Assembly (NCBI RefSeq): GCF_009914755.1 | Contig: NC_060932.1 | Direction: 5' to 3' (one strand) | Length of the DNA stretch: 64,000 nucleotides | Origin: the human T2T-CHM13v2.0 reference genome, Homo sapiens | Part shown: one piece after another, positions 41,976 to 55,989 of the stretch | How the letters are laid out: each line of letters opens with the position of its first letter | Numbering within the stretch: position 1 is the first letter of the stretch | Position numbers and translations under genes: made by a program | The notes under the pieces: model-generated | What the model was told of the DNA's origin: nothing | The model's database searches: none | What the model saw: the letters and a program-made list of their open reading frames with translations, nothing else

Positions 41976-42360
<385 letters not shown>

Positions 42361-42663
42361 TCAGTATGCTAGACTGAATTTAAATTAAAAAATAGTTACA
42401 CCTGTTTTAAATAGAGTGGCTAAATATATTTTACATTTGCAGGAGGAAAAAAATATATTTGTTGTTTATAGAATCTTGGGCTCAGTGGGCTAAGGTGTGA
42501 CCTAATTTGCAATTTCTGAATGTTATTCTAGACTAGATGTAAAAATAATTTCTTCCTTCAATTATGCCTTACATCTTGACTTTAAAAGTGGCTGAAGAAT
42601 AAAGTGGTACATTTTGACTAAATTGTTTATATGAAGGGAAAAAAGTGAGACTTAAGATTTTAT

Positions 42664-42954
42664 GGCCAGGCACAATGGCTTATGCCTGTAATCCCAGCAT
42701 TTTGAGAGTGTGAGGCAGGATAGATCCCTTGAGCCCAGGAGTTCCAGACCAGCCTGGGCAACATAGCGAGACCTTGTCTCTATTAAAAAAAAAAAAAGTA
42801 GCCACGTGTGGCAGTGCAATCCTGTAGGTCTAGCTACATAGAGGCTGAGGCAGAAGGATCACTTGAGCAAAGGAGTTTGAGGTTACAATCAGCCCTAGTA
42901 ATACAACTACACTCCGGCCTGGGAACGAGCAAGACCCTGTCTCAAAGAAATAAA
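42664..42954 (+). mobile_element. AluJ
   Basis: Diverged dimer; TSD TAAGATTTTAT. Confidence 0.92.
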
Positions 42955-43920
42955 TAAGATTTTATAACAAATCAATAAAAACATTTCTTGACATCCCACT
43001 GTAGGCGTTAATTGTCTGCACATTGTTGAGAGTATAATCTAAACATAACCTGTGGTTCCTGGAAGATGGAAGGATTAGCTTAAGTGGAAGAAGGAGGAAG
43101 CTGTGCCAGATAGGGCGATGCATTCTGTATTATCATAGAAGCAAAAATGGGTTCATCATCAGACAACAGCTTGGCCTACAAAGAACTGAGGACTGTTGTG
43201 AAACATACAGATGGGCAGATATTTGTGGATTTCTTCATTTCTTACTGGAAATTCTTTATTATTTGATGTCTTTACCATTCACTTAGCACTTGCCATGTTT
43301 TACCTTGGGATTGTTTTGTCTTTATGCTTCATCTAGCAATCTAGGTTATAAGTGACTTTGGAACAAATGTTGTGTCTTGTATTTCTTTTTAATTAGCATA
43401 GCATTGACTCCAGTGCCTTATACATAGTAGATGTACAGATAATATGTGTTAATTGGTTGACATCTATATATTTCTAAAACATTTATTAGGAAGGTTTACT
43501 TTATCATCAGCAAATATTTATTGAATACCTAAATGATTTACAAACATTTCTAAATGCAGCTTGAATATTAGTATTTAACTATCCTTACGTTACTAGGAGT
43601 TTTCATTCAAATAGTAAATTTATTGAATTAATTTATTCAATAAATTCTTTCTTTAGAGTTATTAAGTGCCACGTATCAGGTAGTAGGCTGCTGAGGTAAC
43701 ATAGACAAAATATCCAAATGCCATGAGGGCAAACAATTGCAATAGAAGAATTTCCATAATGGATATATAGTAAGATCCTGAGAAAACACTGTAATTGATA
43801 TCCAAAAATTCATTATGTCAGATGCAATGTGGAAATACTAGGTTCATGTAATGATCTGGGTGAACCTGTACACCGAGCAGTCCTGCTGCATAACCGCTGC
43901 CCAGATTCCAGCTACAATTT

Positions 43921-43939
43921 GACGCCACCTGGTGGCAGT
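43921..43939. promoter_or_regulatory. Predicted CTCF binding site (palindromic core)
   Basis: The minus strand reads CTGCCACCAGGTGGCGTC, a close match to the CTCF core CCACCAG(G/A)(G/T)GGC(G/A). It lies in a short GC/CpG-enriched, non-repeat patch. Confidence 0.75.
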
Positions 43940-46400
43940 TTTCTACTCTAGTAAAAATACCCAAAATGAAAATGATTCTGAATCCTGTAGCTGACTGAAA
44001 CTTTTAGCATAGTGGCAGAAGTCCAGGTACCTCTTTCTTGGTTTCCCAAGCCTATGGAAGAGGATTGGGGGACCTACTTTCCATCTCCCTGTTTCTCAAA
44101 ATGGGCTTGGGAGCCTTGCCATCCTCACCACATCCCCCTCTTCAGAGATGAGAATTTTAACCCACCAATTTGCCAACAGGTGCTTAGGCGGAAGATAAGA
44201 GCAAATTGGCAAAAGTGTTATCTAATTTCACATTACTGAGGAAAATGTTATTTCAAAGTTTTTCTGTATATACAGTTGGCATAAAAGAAAGCACATCAAA
44301 GTTATCCCAGCTAGAGGGTGGAGATTAGGTAAGACTTCACAGAGGAACTCTTATTCAAGCAGAGACTTAGTAAACCAAGTGGCCATGTGCAAGAACGGTA
44401 TTTATGAAAGAGAAAAAAGCAGATGTCAAGGCACATAAAACTGAAATTAGGCAGGTATTTCAGTAACTACATATAGTGATGTATTTCTAGAGCATTTAGT
44501 TTAAGAGGGAAAAGAGAAGGAGGTGAAGTCAATGTTACGCATAGGTCAGAGCATTACTCATTTTGTAGGCCATGCAACGGAGCTTCTATTTTATTCTATA
44601 GATGAAGGAGTCATTAAAGAAATTCTCTCAATAATTTTACCTATAAAATATTACTATAAACATATCTTTCTCATCCGTAAAATAGACATCATAGTATAAT
44701 AGTGCCTACTTCACAGAGTTGTGTAAGTTAAAGAGAAAATGTGTGAAGTATTTTGCATAGAGTCCAGCATAGATTATTATGTAAGTGGTAGCTATTAGCG
44801 TTGTTATTAATATTACTATAAATAATGATTGGAGTGGGCAAGGCTAGAGGCAGAGATAGGAAACTAAACCAACCTAAACTTGCTGATTGGTTGGATAGAG
44901 AGAGTAAGGATAAGAGAACACATATCTTAAATTTCTTGGATTCTGATCTGGGCAGTTAGATGGATAATGTTGTCCCTCAGGTAGTCTGAGGAGAAAATAT
45001 ATATGAATGCATGCATGTGTTAATTAATACATTATTTAAAATAAATATGTTATATTTGATGATACATAGACAACCTGGAATAATCAACTAATAATCACTT
45101 CATCCATTCACATGATATATGAAAATGAAATTGAGTTGGATTTCTTTACCCTTAGAAAAGATGGTAAGTGGTTGGAAGCAATCATGCAGTTATTGCTCTA
45201 GGAGGTGAGTAATACATTAAGCTAAAAACAATATTTTAAATTTGTGGAGGAGAGAAAATTGAATCTTTCAAAAAAGGAAAATAATGGTGAATAAAGGGAA
45301 AGGCAAGAGAGAAAAACATATGCACAGTGGATGGCAACTAAATCTGACCAAGGCAGGAACTGAGGATTGGGGTTTATTGGGGAATATTTCTGGCAAATAC
45401 CTTTATGTAAACTGGATTGATTTAAAACCAAAGAGTGATTTACATTTAATAATACAAGCACTATAGAATTTTGAAAAGAAGTAAATAATGGGAACTAATT
45501 GCCATTTTATGTTATTATTGTGATTATGAAAGAATGTGTGAAAGATGAGAGGATAAAAGTAAAGATTCTAATTCTTAATTGCATCTGTAATCTTCTAAAT
45601 TCATAAAATACATATTTTCTGTTTCTGTTACAATCAAATGCATATGCACATTCAAATAATTTAGAAAGTTATTCATTTTCCTTTTCTTATTTTGTATGTT
45701 AACATAATTAGAACTAAGATAAATGCATTTTAGAGTATTTGTTATTTTCGTGGATGGAATATTCATGTTCTTTATTACTCTAAGCTTATTAATCATTATT
45801 TTAAAATTCTACTTTGCAGACTTTCTTTTTGGGTCATTTCAGAATTTGTCTTCTGTAACAGAATTAGATTATATTCCATAATATCTATTTCATTAAGTTT
45901 ACAGTTGAAGAACTGAGGTCAGAAAAATCAATATCATATGTCTCAGGGTATATGCTGTATATGCTATCTAGAGCTAATGTTGGAACTCCAGTCTCATGAG
46001 CCTAGGTACTTATTACCTAAATTTGCTAATATTTAAAAGCATGGAACTACCTTTTAATAGGCCAAATACTTGAATTTCCAACCTTTTTTCTGACCTGCTA
46101 TATTATAGGAGGGAATGAAAGCAAAAATGTTGACCGGGTATACAGAGATAAAATAAACCTCTGATGGTAGGTGTTATAAAATTCCTGACTAAGGGATATA
46201 GGAGGACAGATAAGCACAATTACCACAGCGTATCATACCTGTACGGTAAGGCAGAGTAACAGCTACATGCAGACAGTTTTTACAGGTCTGAAAGAATTGA
46301 GCAAAACAAAAGGAGTGACCTGTATGTTGTTTACTAAACATCAAATGAAGACTTAGTATTTTTTCACGTGGCATGTAGTTTGTATTATGTAAGTCTCTGC

Positions 46401-46567
46401 CAGCAGTTCTCAAAATGTGCTTGCTGGATCTGCACCATCTGCATCACCTGGGAATTTGTTAGAAATGCTGTTTTCAGGTATCACCCCAGACCTAATGAAC
46501 CAAAAACTTTGTGTTTTAACAAGCCCTCCAGGTAATTCTGATGCAGGTTAAAGTGTGGCAACCCCTG
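46401..46567. mobile_element. MER5A hAT-Charlie MITE
   Basis: CAGCAGTTCTCAAA...GCATCACCTGGGAATTTGTTAGAAATGC...TTTTAACAAGCCCTCCAGGTAATTCTGATGCA. Confidence 0.88.
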
Positions 46568-46759
46568 CTCTAAGCTAAGGGGAATTCGTATTCATCTTAT
46601 ACTACTGGTAAAGTTGGTAACTAAAAACTTAAGTTCTAGTGTCAGACTGCTGGGTTCAAATACTAGCAATGAAACCTTCAGCAAACTTCATAACCTTTCT
46701 GCCCTTCATGTTCCACATCTGTATTTGTACCATTTTAAGTGGGGTACGTAACATGTGAA

Positions 46760-47590
46760 GCTGAGTTGGAGAAGAGCTTGACATTTTTGAGAAATTTAGA
46801 AAAGGCCACTGTGGCTAAAGAGTTGTTTACAAAGACAAATGGCTTGACATTTAGGTGAAAGAGAAAGGCAGAGACCAGATCTCCAAAATCTTGTAGGACT
46901 CTATTAGAGAAGAGAGTGGGATCCTGAGGTCCTGTGGAGGAATTGATTTTTCCAAGGAGAAGGGACACTTTTTGTTATAGGCACAAGAAAGAGAGGATAG
47001 GGTGCAGAACAATTAGGTTTATAGACTGGTATTTGGAAGATAAGGGAATTCCTTCTGATATTTTATATTTTATGGATTTTGGATTTTTCCCAAGTACAAT
47101 GAGAAGACACTGAAGAATTTTAGTAGCAGACTGCCATAAAATGATTTGTATTTTAGAAAAATCAAGTGGCTTCTATGTGGAGAATGAGTTGCAGTTGAAA
47201 CATAAGCATGTAGGATGCTGTTGCAGTAGAGAGTGGCATGGATTTGAATGGTCAAAATCTGGATGGGGAGAAGTGGAAGGATATGTAATATATTTTAGAG
47301 ATAGAATCTGTAAGACTTAGTGATAGATTAGGTATGGGGATGAAGGAAAGGGAGAAATCAAGGGTGCCTCTGGATTTTTACCTTCAGCAACTAGGTAAAT
47401 AGTTATACTCTTTACTGAAATAAGGAACACTGAAGAAGGAATATGTTTGAGAGAAAAGATTAAATTCAATTTGGAACACATCAAATTTGTGATATTCTGT
47501 GTAACATCTGAGTGCTTGTTACAACTAGGCAACTGGGTAGATATGAAGTTCAGAAAGAAGCTCAGCCTACTAACTTAAATTTGGAGATTA
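46760..47590 (-). mobile_element. L2 LINE fragments
   Basis: Antisense L2 motifs (gacttagtgatagattagg, ggagaaatcaagggtgcctctggatttt, ttcaatttggaacacatc). Boundaries approximate. Confidence 0.65.
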
Positions 47591-47636
47591 TATATATTTA
47601 CAAATAATCTTTAATATATGATACATATGTATCATA

Positions 47637-48640
<1,004 letters not shown>

Positions 48641-48875
48641 TATATGGTATAAGGGAATTTCGTCTGATAGCATCTATTTTCTCTATGAAATGTAAGGAGA
48701 AGTCTGCAGAGAGGAAAGCAGAAGGTGAGAGATTTGAATAGCATGAAGAAGGTAGGTATGCACTCCTTATTGTATGAGTGGGGAGAACATATATGCTGTA
48801 ATTTTGAGGCCAATGATAGTGAACTATAGTGGAGCAACTGTGCTCTACTGAATTTTTTTCAAGAATGCTGATATG

Positions 48876-49438
<563 letters not shown>

Positions 49439-50098
49439 CTAATTAATTGAGCTGGAAGGAAAGGAGACAGAAAGCCTTGTAGCAGCCTTGTGGATACTGT
49501 TGGGGTAATCTTCTGGATAATGTTATCCCCGTTTTATACAATATGGAAACTGAGGCACAAAGACTACTTTGATTATTCAGTTACAACTTGATTAGTGTAG
49601 CTATGTCTCGAACGTGAGTTTTCTAATTAAATTCAGTTGGCTTACCAGTAGAGAATTACTCTGTCTACTCAATATACAAATCATCCATGTACTTTGTTCA
49701 ACACTTTTGCCGTAAGTGTGTTCAGGTTACAGTGGTGACTTTTTTGATGACCCATTTATTGTCTATCTTATGTCTCTACTCTCACTGAGCATTTTTATCC
49801 AATTTTAATTAACATTTAGCTAAAAGCAATAATACAGCACTTAAATTGTCATCCTTAACAGACAAAAAGGGGTGTATGGGAAAGTCTACATTTTGGAGTT
49901 TTGGAATGTTTTCTAGGGATAATCTAAGGAATAAAGGGAATTTCCAATTTTAAGAATTATTTACCAACAAAAATGAAGAGTAAATTTATTCACGTGGATT
50001 GTGTATAGCATTTCATTTATGCCAAAAGTGTATAACTTTCAATTTAGTGCCAACCATAATATTTGACATTTTGTAGATAATAAATCAGTCTCTTCATA

Positions 50099-50519
50099 GA
50101 ATCAACCTAAATGCCCATCAGTGATAGACTGTATAAAGAAAATGTGGTACATATACACCATGGAATGCTATGCAGCCATAAAAATGAATTCAATCATGTC
50201 CTTTGCAGGGACATGGATAGAGCTGGAGGCCATTATCCTTAGCAAACTAACACAGGAACAGAAATTTAAATACCACCTGTTCTCACTTATAAGTGGGAGT
50301 TAAATGATGAGAACACATGGACACAGAGAGGGGAACAAGACACACTGGAGCCTTTTGGAGGGTGGAGGGTGGGAGGAGGGAGAAAAACAGGAAAAATAAC
50401 TAATGAGTACTAAGCTTAATACCTGGGTAATGAGATAATCTGTGCAACAAACCCCTGTAACACAAGTTTACCTATGTAACAACCTGCACTTGTACCCCGG
50501 ATTTAAAAGTTAAAAAAAA
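50099..50519 (+). mobile_element. Older L1PA 3' end (end of ORF2 plus 3' UTR)
   Basis: ORF 50121-50303 (KKMWYIYTMECYAAIK...FSLISGS) is the L1 ORF2 C-terminus, followed by a G-rich UTR and an A tail. Confidence 0.93.
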
Positions 50520-51339
50520 TTCAATTGTACTCATATATTAACAATAAATAATCTGAAAATTAACAAATTAGTCTATGAAATTAAATTTACTTGTATATGC
50601 ATTATTATCAGTCATCTACATGCCAGGATTATTTTATGAATGGTTTTTATTGAATTACATACTTTTCAAATTTGAAATTACCAAAGGTATGGGGATTATT
50701 TGGCTGTAGGAAATCTGAGGGACTGTTTCTTCAAGGCCACAGACCATCTCTGTTTATATAAAATAGCTGCTTCTTCAAATAAATCTAATAAGTTTGTTTA
50801 TATTTTTAGTAAAGCCTTAGTGCCTCCATGTAATTGTAAATATACATAATAATTAGAGTCAACGTATCTTAACCATATTCTAGACATTGTGCTAATTGCT
50901 ATATATATGTTACTTCATTGAGGTTGCTTCGTTAATTCATGAGGATTACCTCATCACAACGTTGAGAGAGTTACATTTGTTTTAAAGATTAACTCATTTA
51001 TTCAACATATATTTGCTGAAAACTTACCATGTGGCAAACATTATTTTAAAACCTACAATTTACCAATGAACAAAAGAAGAAAAGTCTTTGTCCCATTTAT
51101 ACATTCATTATATATTACAATCATGTATATAATAAATAGATGGCATATGATAAATAGCAGAAAGGTATATAATCAATAGAAGATACTTAGAAGAGAAGCA
51201 TAGCTTTATTCTTGACATCCTCACTGAATAGATTGCCTTGTTTATTTGTTCATTTGTAGGTTTGTTTAATGAGATCACAGATGTAACTGCTTCACATATA
51301 TGTTAGAAATTCTACGTTAGAAAAAAATGATTCACCATT

Positions 51340-53745
51340 TCTTACAAACAATCCAGTTATACTCTTTTAGTTATTTTTAAATGTATAATAAGTTGTTAAC
51401 TACAGTCACCCTGTTGTGCTTTCAAATACTAGATATTGTTCATTCTATCTAATCATATTTTTGTGCCCATTAATCATCCCTATTCTCCCCACCTGCCACC
51501 GCCACTACCCTTCTCAGCCTCTGATAACCATCGTTCTGTAATCTAGGTCCATGCGTGTAGTTGTTTTAATTTTTAGCTCCTGCAAATAAGTGAAAACATG
51601 CAAAGTTTGTCTTTCTGTGGCTGGCCTATTTCACTTAACATAACGTCCTCCAGTTCCATCCATGTTGTTGTAAATGATAGGATTTCATTCTTTTATATGG
51701 CTGAATAGTACTCCATTGTATGTATGTACCACATTTTCTTTATCCATTCATCTGTTGATGAATACTTAGGTTGCTTCCAAATCTTGGCTGTCATGAATAG
51801 TGCTGCAATAACCATGAGAATGCAGATATCTCTTCAATTTGGGTGTATATCTCACAGTGGGATTTCTGGATAATATGGTAGTTCTGTTTTTAGTTTCTTG
51901 AGGAACCTCCAAACTTGTCTTCATAGTAGTTGTACTAATTTACATTCCCACCAACGGTGTAAGAGGGTTCCCTTTTTTGCACATTCTCGCCAGCATTCAT
52001 CACCTCTTTTTTCGATAAAATCCATTTTAACCAGGGTGAAATGATATTTCATTGTAGTTTTGATTTGCATTTCTCTAATGATTAGTGATGTTGAATGCCT
52101 TCTCATGTACCTGTTTGCCATTTGTATGTCTTCTTTTGATAAATTTCTATTTAGATCTTTCGCCCATTTAAAAATTGGATTATTACATTTTTTCCTGTTG
52201 ACTGAACTCCTTGTATATTCTGGTTATTAATCCCTTGTCAGACGGGTAGTTTGCAAATATTTTCTCCTATTCTGTGGATTGTCTCTTCACTTTGTTGTTT
52301 CCTTTGCTGTGGCGGAAGCCTTTTAACCTGATGTGATCCCATTTGTCCATTTTTGCTTTGGTTGCCTGAGCTTGTGAGGTATTACTCGAGAAATCTTTGC
52401 CCAGACCAGTGTCCTGGAGAGTTTCCCCAATGTTTTCTTTTAGTAGTTTCATAATTTGAGGTCTTAAATTTAAATATTTAATCAATTTTGATTTGATTTT
52501 TGTATATGGCAAGAGATAGGGATCTAGTTTTATTTTTCTGCATATGGATGTCTTGTTTTCCAGCACCATTTATTGAAGAGACTGTTCTAACCTCAATGTA
52601 TGTTCTTAACACCTTTGTCAAAAATGACTTCAGTGGAGGTGTCTGAATTTGTTTCTGGGATCTCTTTTGTGTTCCATTGGTCTATATGTCTGTTTTTATT
52701 CCAGGATCATGCTGTTTTGGTTAATATAGCTCTGTAGTATAATTTGAAGTCAGATAATGTGATTCCTCCAGTTTTGTTCTTTTTGTTTAGGATAGCTTTA
52801 GCTATTCTGAGTCTTTTCTGTCTCCATATAAATTTTAGGGTTATTGTTTCTATTTCTGTGAAGAATATTTGTATTGTGATACAGATTACATTGAATCTGT
52901 AGATTGCTTTGGGTAGTATGGACATTTTAACAATATTGATTCTTCCAGTCCATGAACATGGAATATCTTTCCATTTTTTGTGTCCTCTTCAATTTCTCCT
53001 GTCAGTGTTTTGTAGTTTTATTATAGAGATATTTCACTTCTTTGGTTAAGTTTATCCTAGGCATTTTATGTCATTTGTAGCTATTATATGTGAGATTACT
53101 TTCTTGATTTCTTTTTCAGATTGTTTACTGTTGCCATATAGAAATGCTACTGATTTTTGTATGTCAATTTTATGTCCTGCAACTTTCCTGAATTTGTTTA
53201 TCAATTCTAATAGTTTTTTTGGTGTAGTCTTTAGGTTTTTCCAAATATAAAATCCTATCATCTGCAAACAAAGATAATTTGACTTCTTTCTTTCCAATTT
53301 GGATGCCCTTTGTTTATTTCTCTTGTCTGATTGATCTAGCTAGGACTTCCAGTATGATGTTGAATAATAGTGGTGAAAATGGCCATCTTTGCCATGTTTC
53401 AGATCTTGCAGGAAAGGCTTTCAGCTTTTCCCCATTCAGTATGATACTAGCTGTGGGTCTATTGTGTATGGCTTTTACTGAGTTTAGGTATGTTCCTTCT
53501 ATACCCAGTTTTTTGAAGGTTTTCATCCTGAAGGGATATTTAATTTTATCAAATGCTTTTTCAGCATCAGTTGAAATTATCATATGGTTTTTGTCCTTCA
53601 TTCTGTTGATACAATGTATCACATTGATTGATTTACATATGTTGAACCATCTTCGCATCGCTAGGATCAATCCCACTTGGTCATGATGAAAGTTCTTTTT
53701 AATGTATTGTTGAATTCAGTTTGCTATTTTTGAAGATTTTTGCAT
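51340..53745 (-). mobile_element. 5'-truncated L1 (L1MA-like), decayed ORF2 reverse transcriptase and C-terminal region
   Basis: Broken minus-strand ORFs ([61 protein letters not shown]) are collinear L1 ORF2 pieces. Confidence 0.96.
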
Positions 53746-55269
53746 CTTAAAACCATGATATGTGCATTCTAACCACTGTATTATTTATAATATTCTCTTG
53801 AATATTTTTCTCTCTCTACATGTCATAATTTTTACCCACCATTCAAGACCCAAGTTTATAAAGCTTTTCTCATCTCTGATTCTCAATATTATCCTTCCCT
53901 CCAGTGAAATTTCATAACACTGGGTTTATTCCCTTTTCTCTGTACTTATAACTTTTGCTAATTTGTATAAGCATTTTCACTCATATTTGTACCCCTAAAG
54001 CACGTGTCCCTTAGATAATAACTATGTCTCATGTCTTATTTATTGTTCTTATTGACCACAGGGCCAAAGCTACCATTTGCCTAAATGGAGGCTTTGCACA
54101 AATTAGAAAAAGTGGTACCTCTAGGTAGATAATTAGAAATGGATACTTGCTTTGAACAGAACAATTAGAGAAAATTCCTTCTTTATGTGAAGAAAAAAAT
54201 GTATTCTTCCTTTTTGTCAATTTCAGTCCCCGTATGCCAGAGCATGGAGGGCAGGTACCATTTCAGCCCCCACTTGCTGCCTTGGGACCTAACACCAAGT
54301 AGATGCAAGGTAGATGTTTGCTAAAGGAATCAATCAATTTGTGGCAAGATGTTTACTATGGTTTAAATTAGCTGAGTACAGAAATGTTTGAACTAAAAAT
54401 TCAAGGGGAAAAAGAAACAAAATGGAAACCAGGTCATCTCTCTGAGGATGATTAAAAATAAAGTAGCTGAAATCATCAGAGAAGAGATACAGTTTTTGTA
54501 AGATACATGTTATAATGAAGACATTTTAAAAATCATAATTTTTGGGTACATTTTTATCTTGACAGAGGAAGCAAGTGACACCTATTTTTGAAACATGAAC
54601 ATTTTAAATGTAGTTTTTGTGCTTAATTGTTTTTAAAGAAGACAAAACATAGCTAGAGAGAGTGCAGGGACATATAACTAGCATAAAAAAAAGATACTGA
54701 AAAATTATCATTTGATGATAGACAAATGATTAGGTACCATGAGCATGGTGTGATAAACAGAGAAACATATGATCTATAAAGTAATACGTTTAAAATTTTT
54801 CTTTAAAGTAACTTCCTTCAAACTCATGGTGGAGGGAGAGGTCTATTATTCAATAATTTGGTAGAGAATTTATAAATTCAAGAGATAGTAAAGGTTCAAT
54901 ATATAGACAGACTAAAGAGTTTAAATAAACTTTTTGTGTTCAGTTAATAAAGGAATATTCCTAGTTTCCTTAAAGATTTAGCCTTCATAAATTTATCACT
55001 TTTAAGGAAGATAGCCATGATCTCTCCAAAATGCCCTTTGATGTTGTATTTGGAGACATAATACTGAGCTGAATCCCAAGTCTCCTGATACAAGAACCTG
55101 TGCAATCTATGTTCTCACAGTCTTAGGACAGCTCTGATGTAATATCTGAATAGGCAGTTAAATACGAGTAAGTCGTGCAGGCCATGCATTTGTCCCCACA
55201 CATGTAGGCCTTATCCTGTCTACAATGCTCACCTTCACTTCATTCCATTTATATTTAGTTTTGTAAATT

Positions 55270-55630
55270 TCCTCTAACAAGCATTCTCATTCCTGCCTCA
55301 GGATATTTGCACTTGCTCCTCTCTAAGCTTAGAACATGCTTCTTTCATCTGACTGGGTTCATCATTCAGGGCTCAGCTAAATTGTCTCCTCTTCAGAGAG
55401 GCCTTCCTTGACAACCTTATTTAATGTTGTTGCCAAACTTTTCAGTCCCTTGTTATTTTATTCCATCTTATTTTCTTCAGATCACATATCACTATCTAAA
55501 ATTATCAATTATTTATATGTTTACTGTCTTTCACTATGACAGTATGAATGAAAGCTCCATGAAACAGGAGCATTCTATACTTGTCTGTGCTATACCTCTT
55601 AATTTTGAGAATAATGCCTGCTACATAGCC
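55270..55630 (+). mobile_element. L2 3' fragment
   Basis: cctgcctcagga..ttgcacttgct...cagctaaattgtctcctcttcagagaggccttcc...gaatgaaagctccatga. Confidence 0.75.
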
Positions 55631-55679
55631 TACTACTTTTAATTTAATTTATTTTTGTTTATTTCAAAGTAAATATCTT

Positions 55680-55989
55680 CCTTTTTTTTTTTTTTTTTCT
55701 TTTTGCGACAGAGTTTCGCTCTTGTTGCCCAGGCTGGAGTACAATGGCGTGATCTCGGCTCAACCACAACCTCCGCCTCCCGGGTTCAAGCGATTCTCCT
55801 GCCTCAACCTCCTGAATAGCTGGGATTACAGGTGCCCGCCACCACACCCAGCTAATTTTTGTTAGTTTTAGTAGAGATGGGGTTTTGCCATGTTGGCCAG
55901 GCTGGTTTCAAACTTCTCACCCCAGGTGGTCCACCCGCCTCGGCCTCCCAAAGTGCTGGGATTACAGACGTGAGCCACTGCACCTGGCC
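55680..55989 (-). mobile_element. Alu (AluSq-like)
   Basis: gagtttcgctcttgttgccc. 15-bp TSD CAAAGTAAATATCTT at 55665-55679 and 55990-56004. Confidence 0.96.

Noticed and set aside
51921-53686. Reverse-transcriptase-like ORFs as an active or domesticated gene
   Set aside because: They are fragmented by stops and frameshifts and 5'-truncated: an ordinary dead L1.
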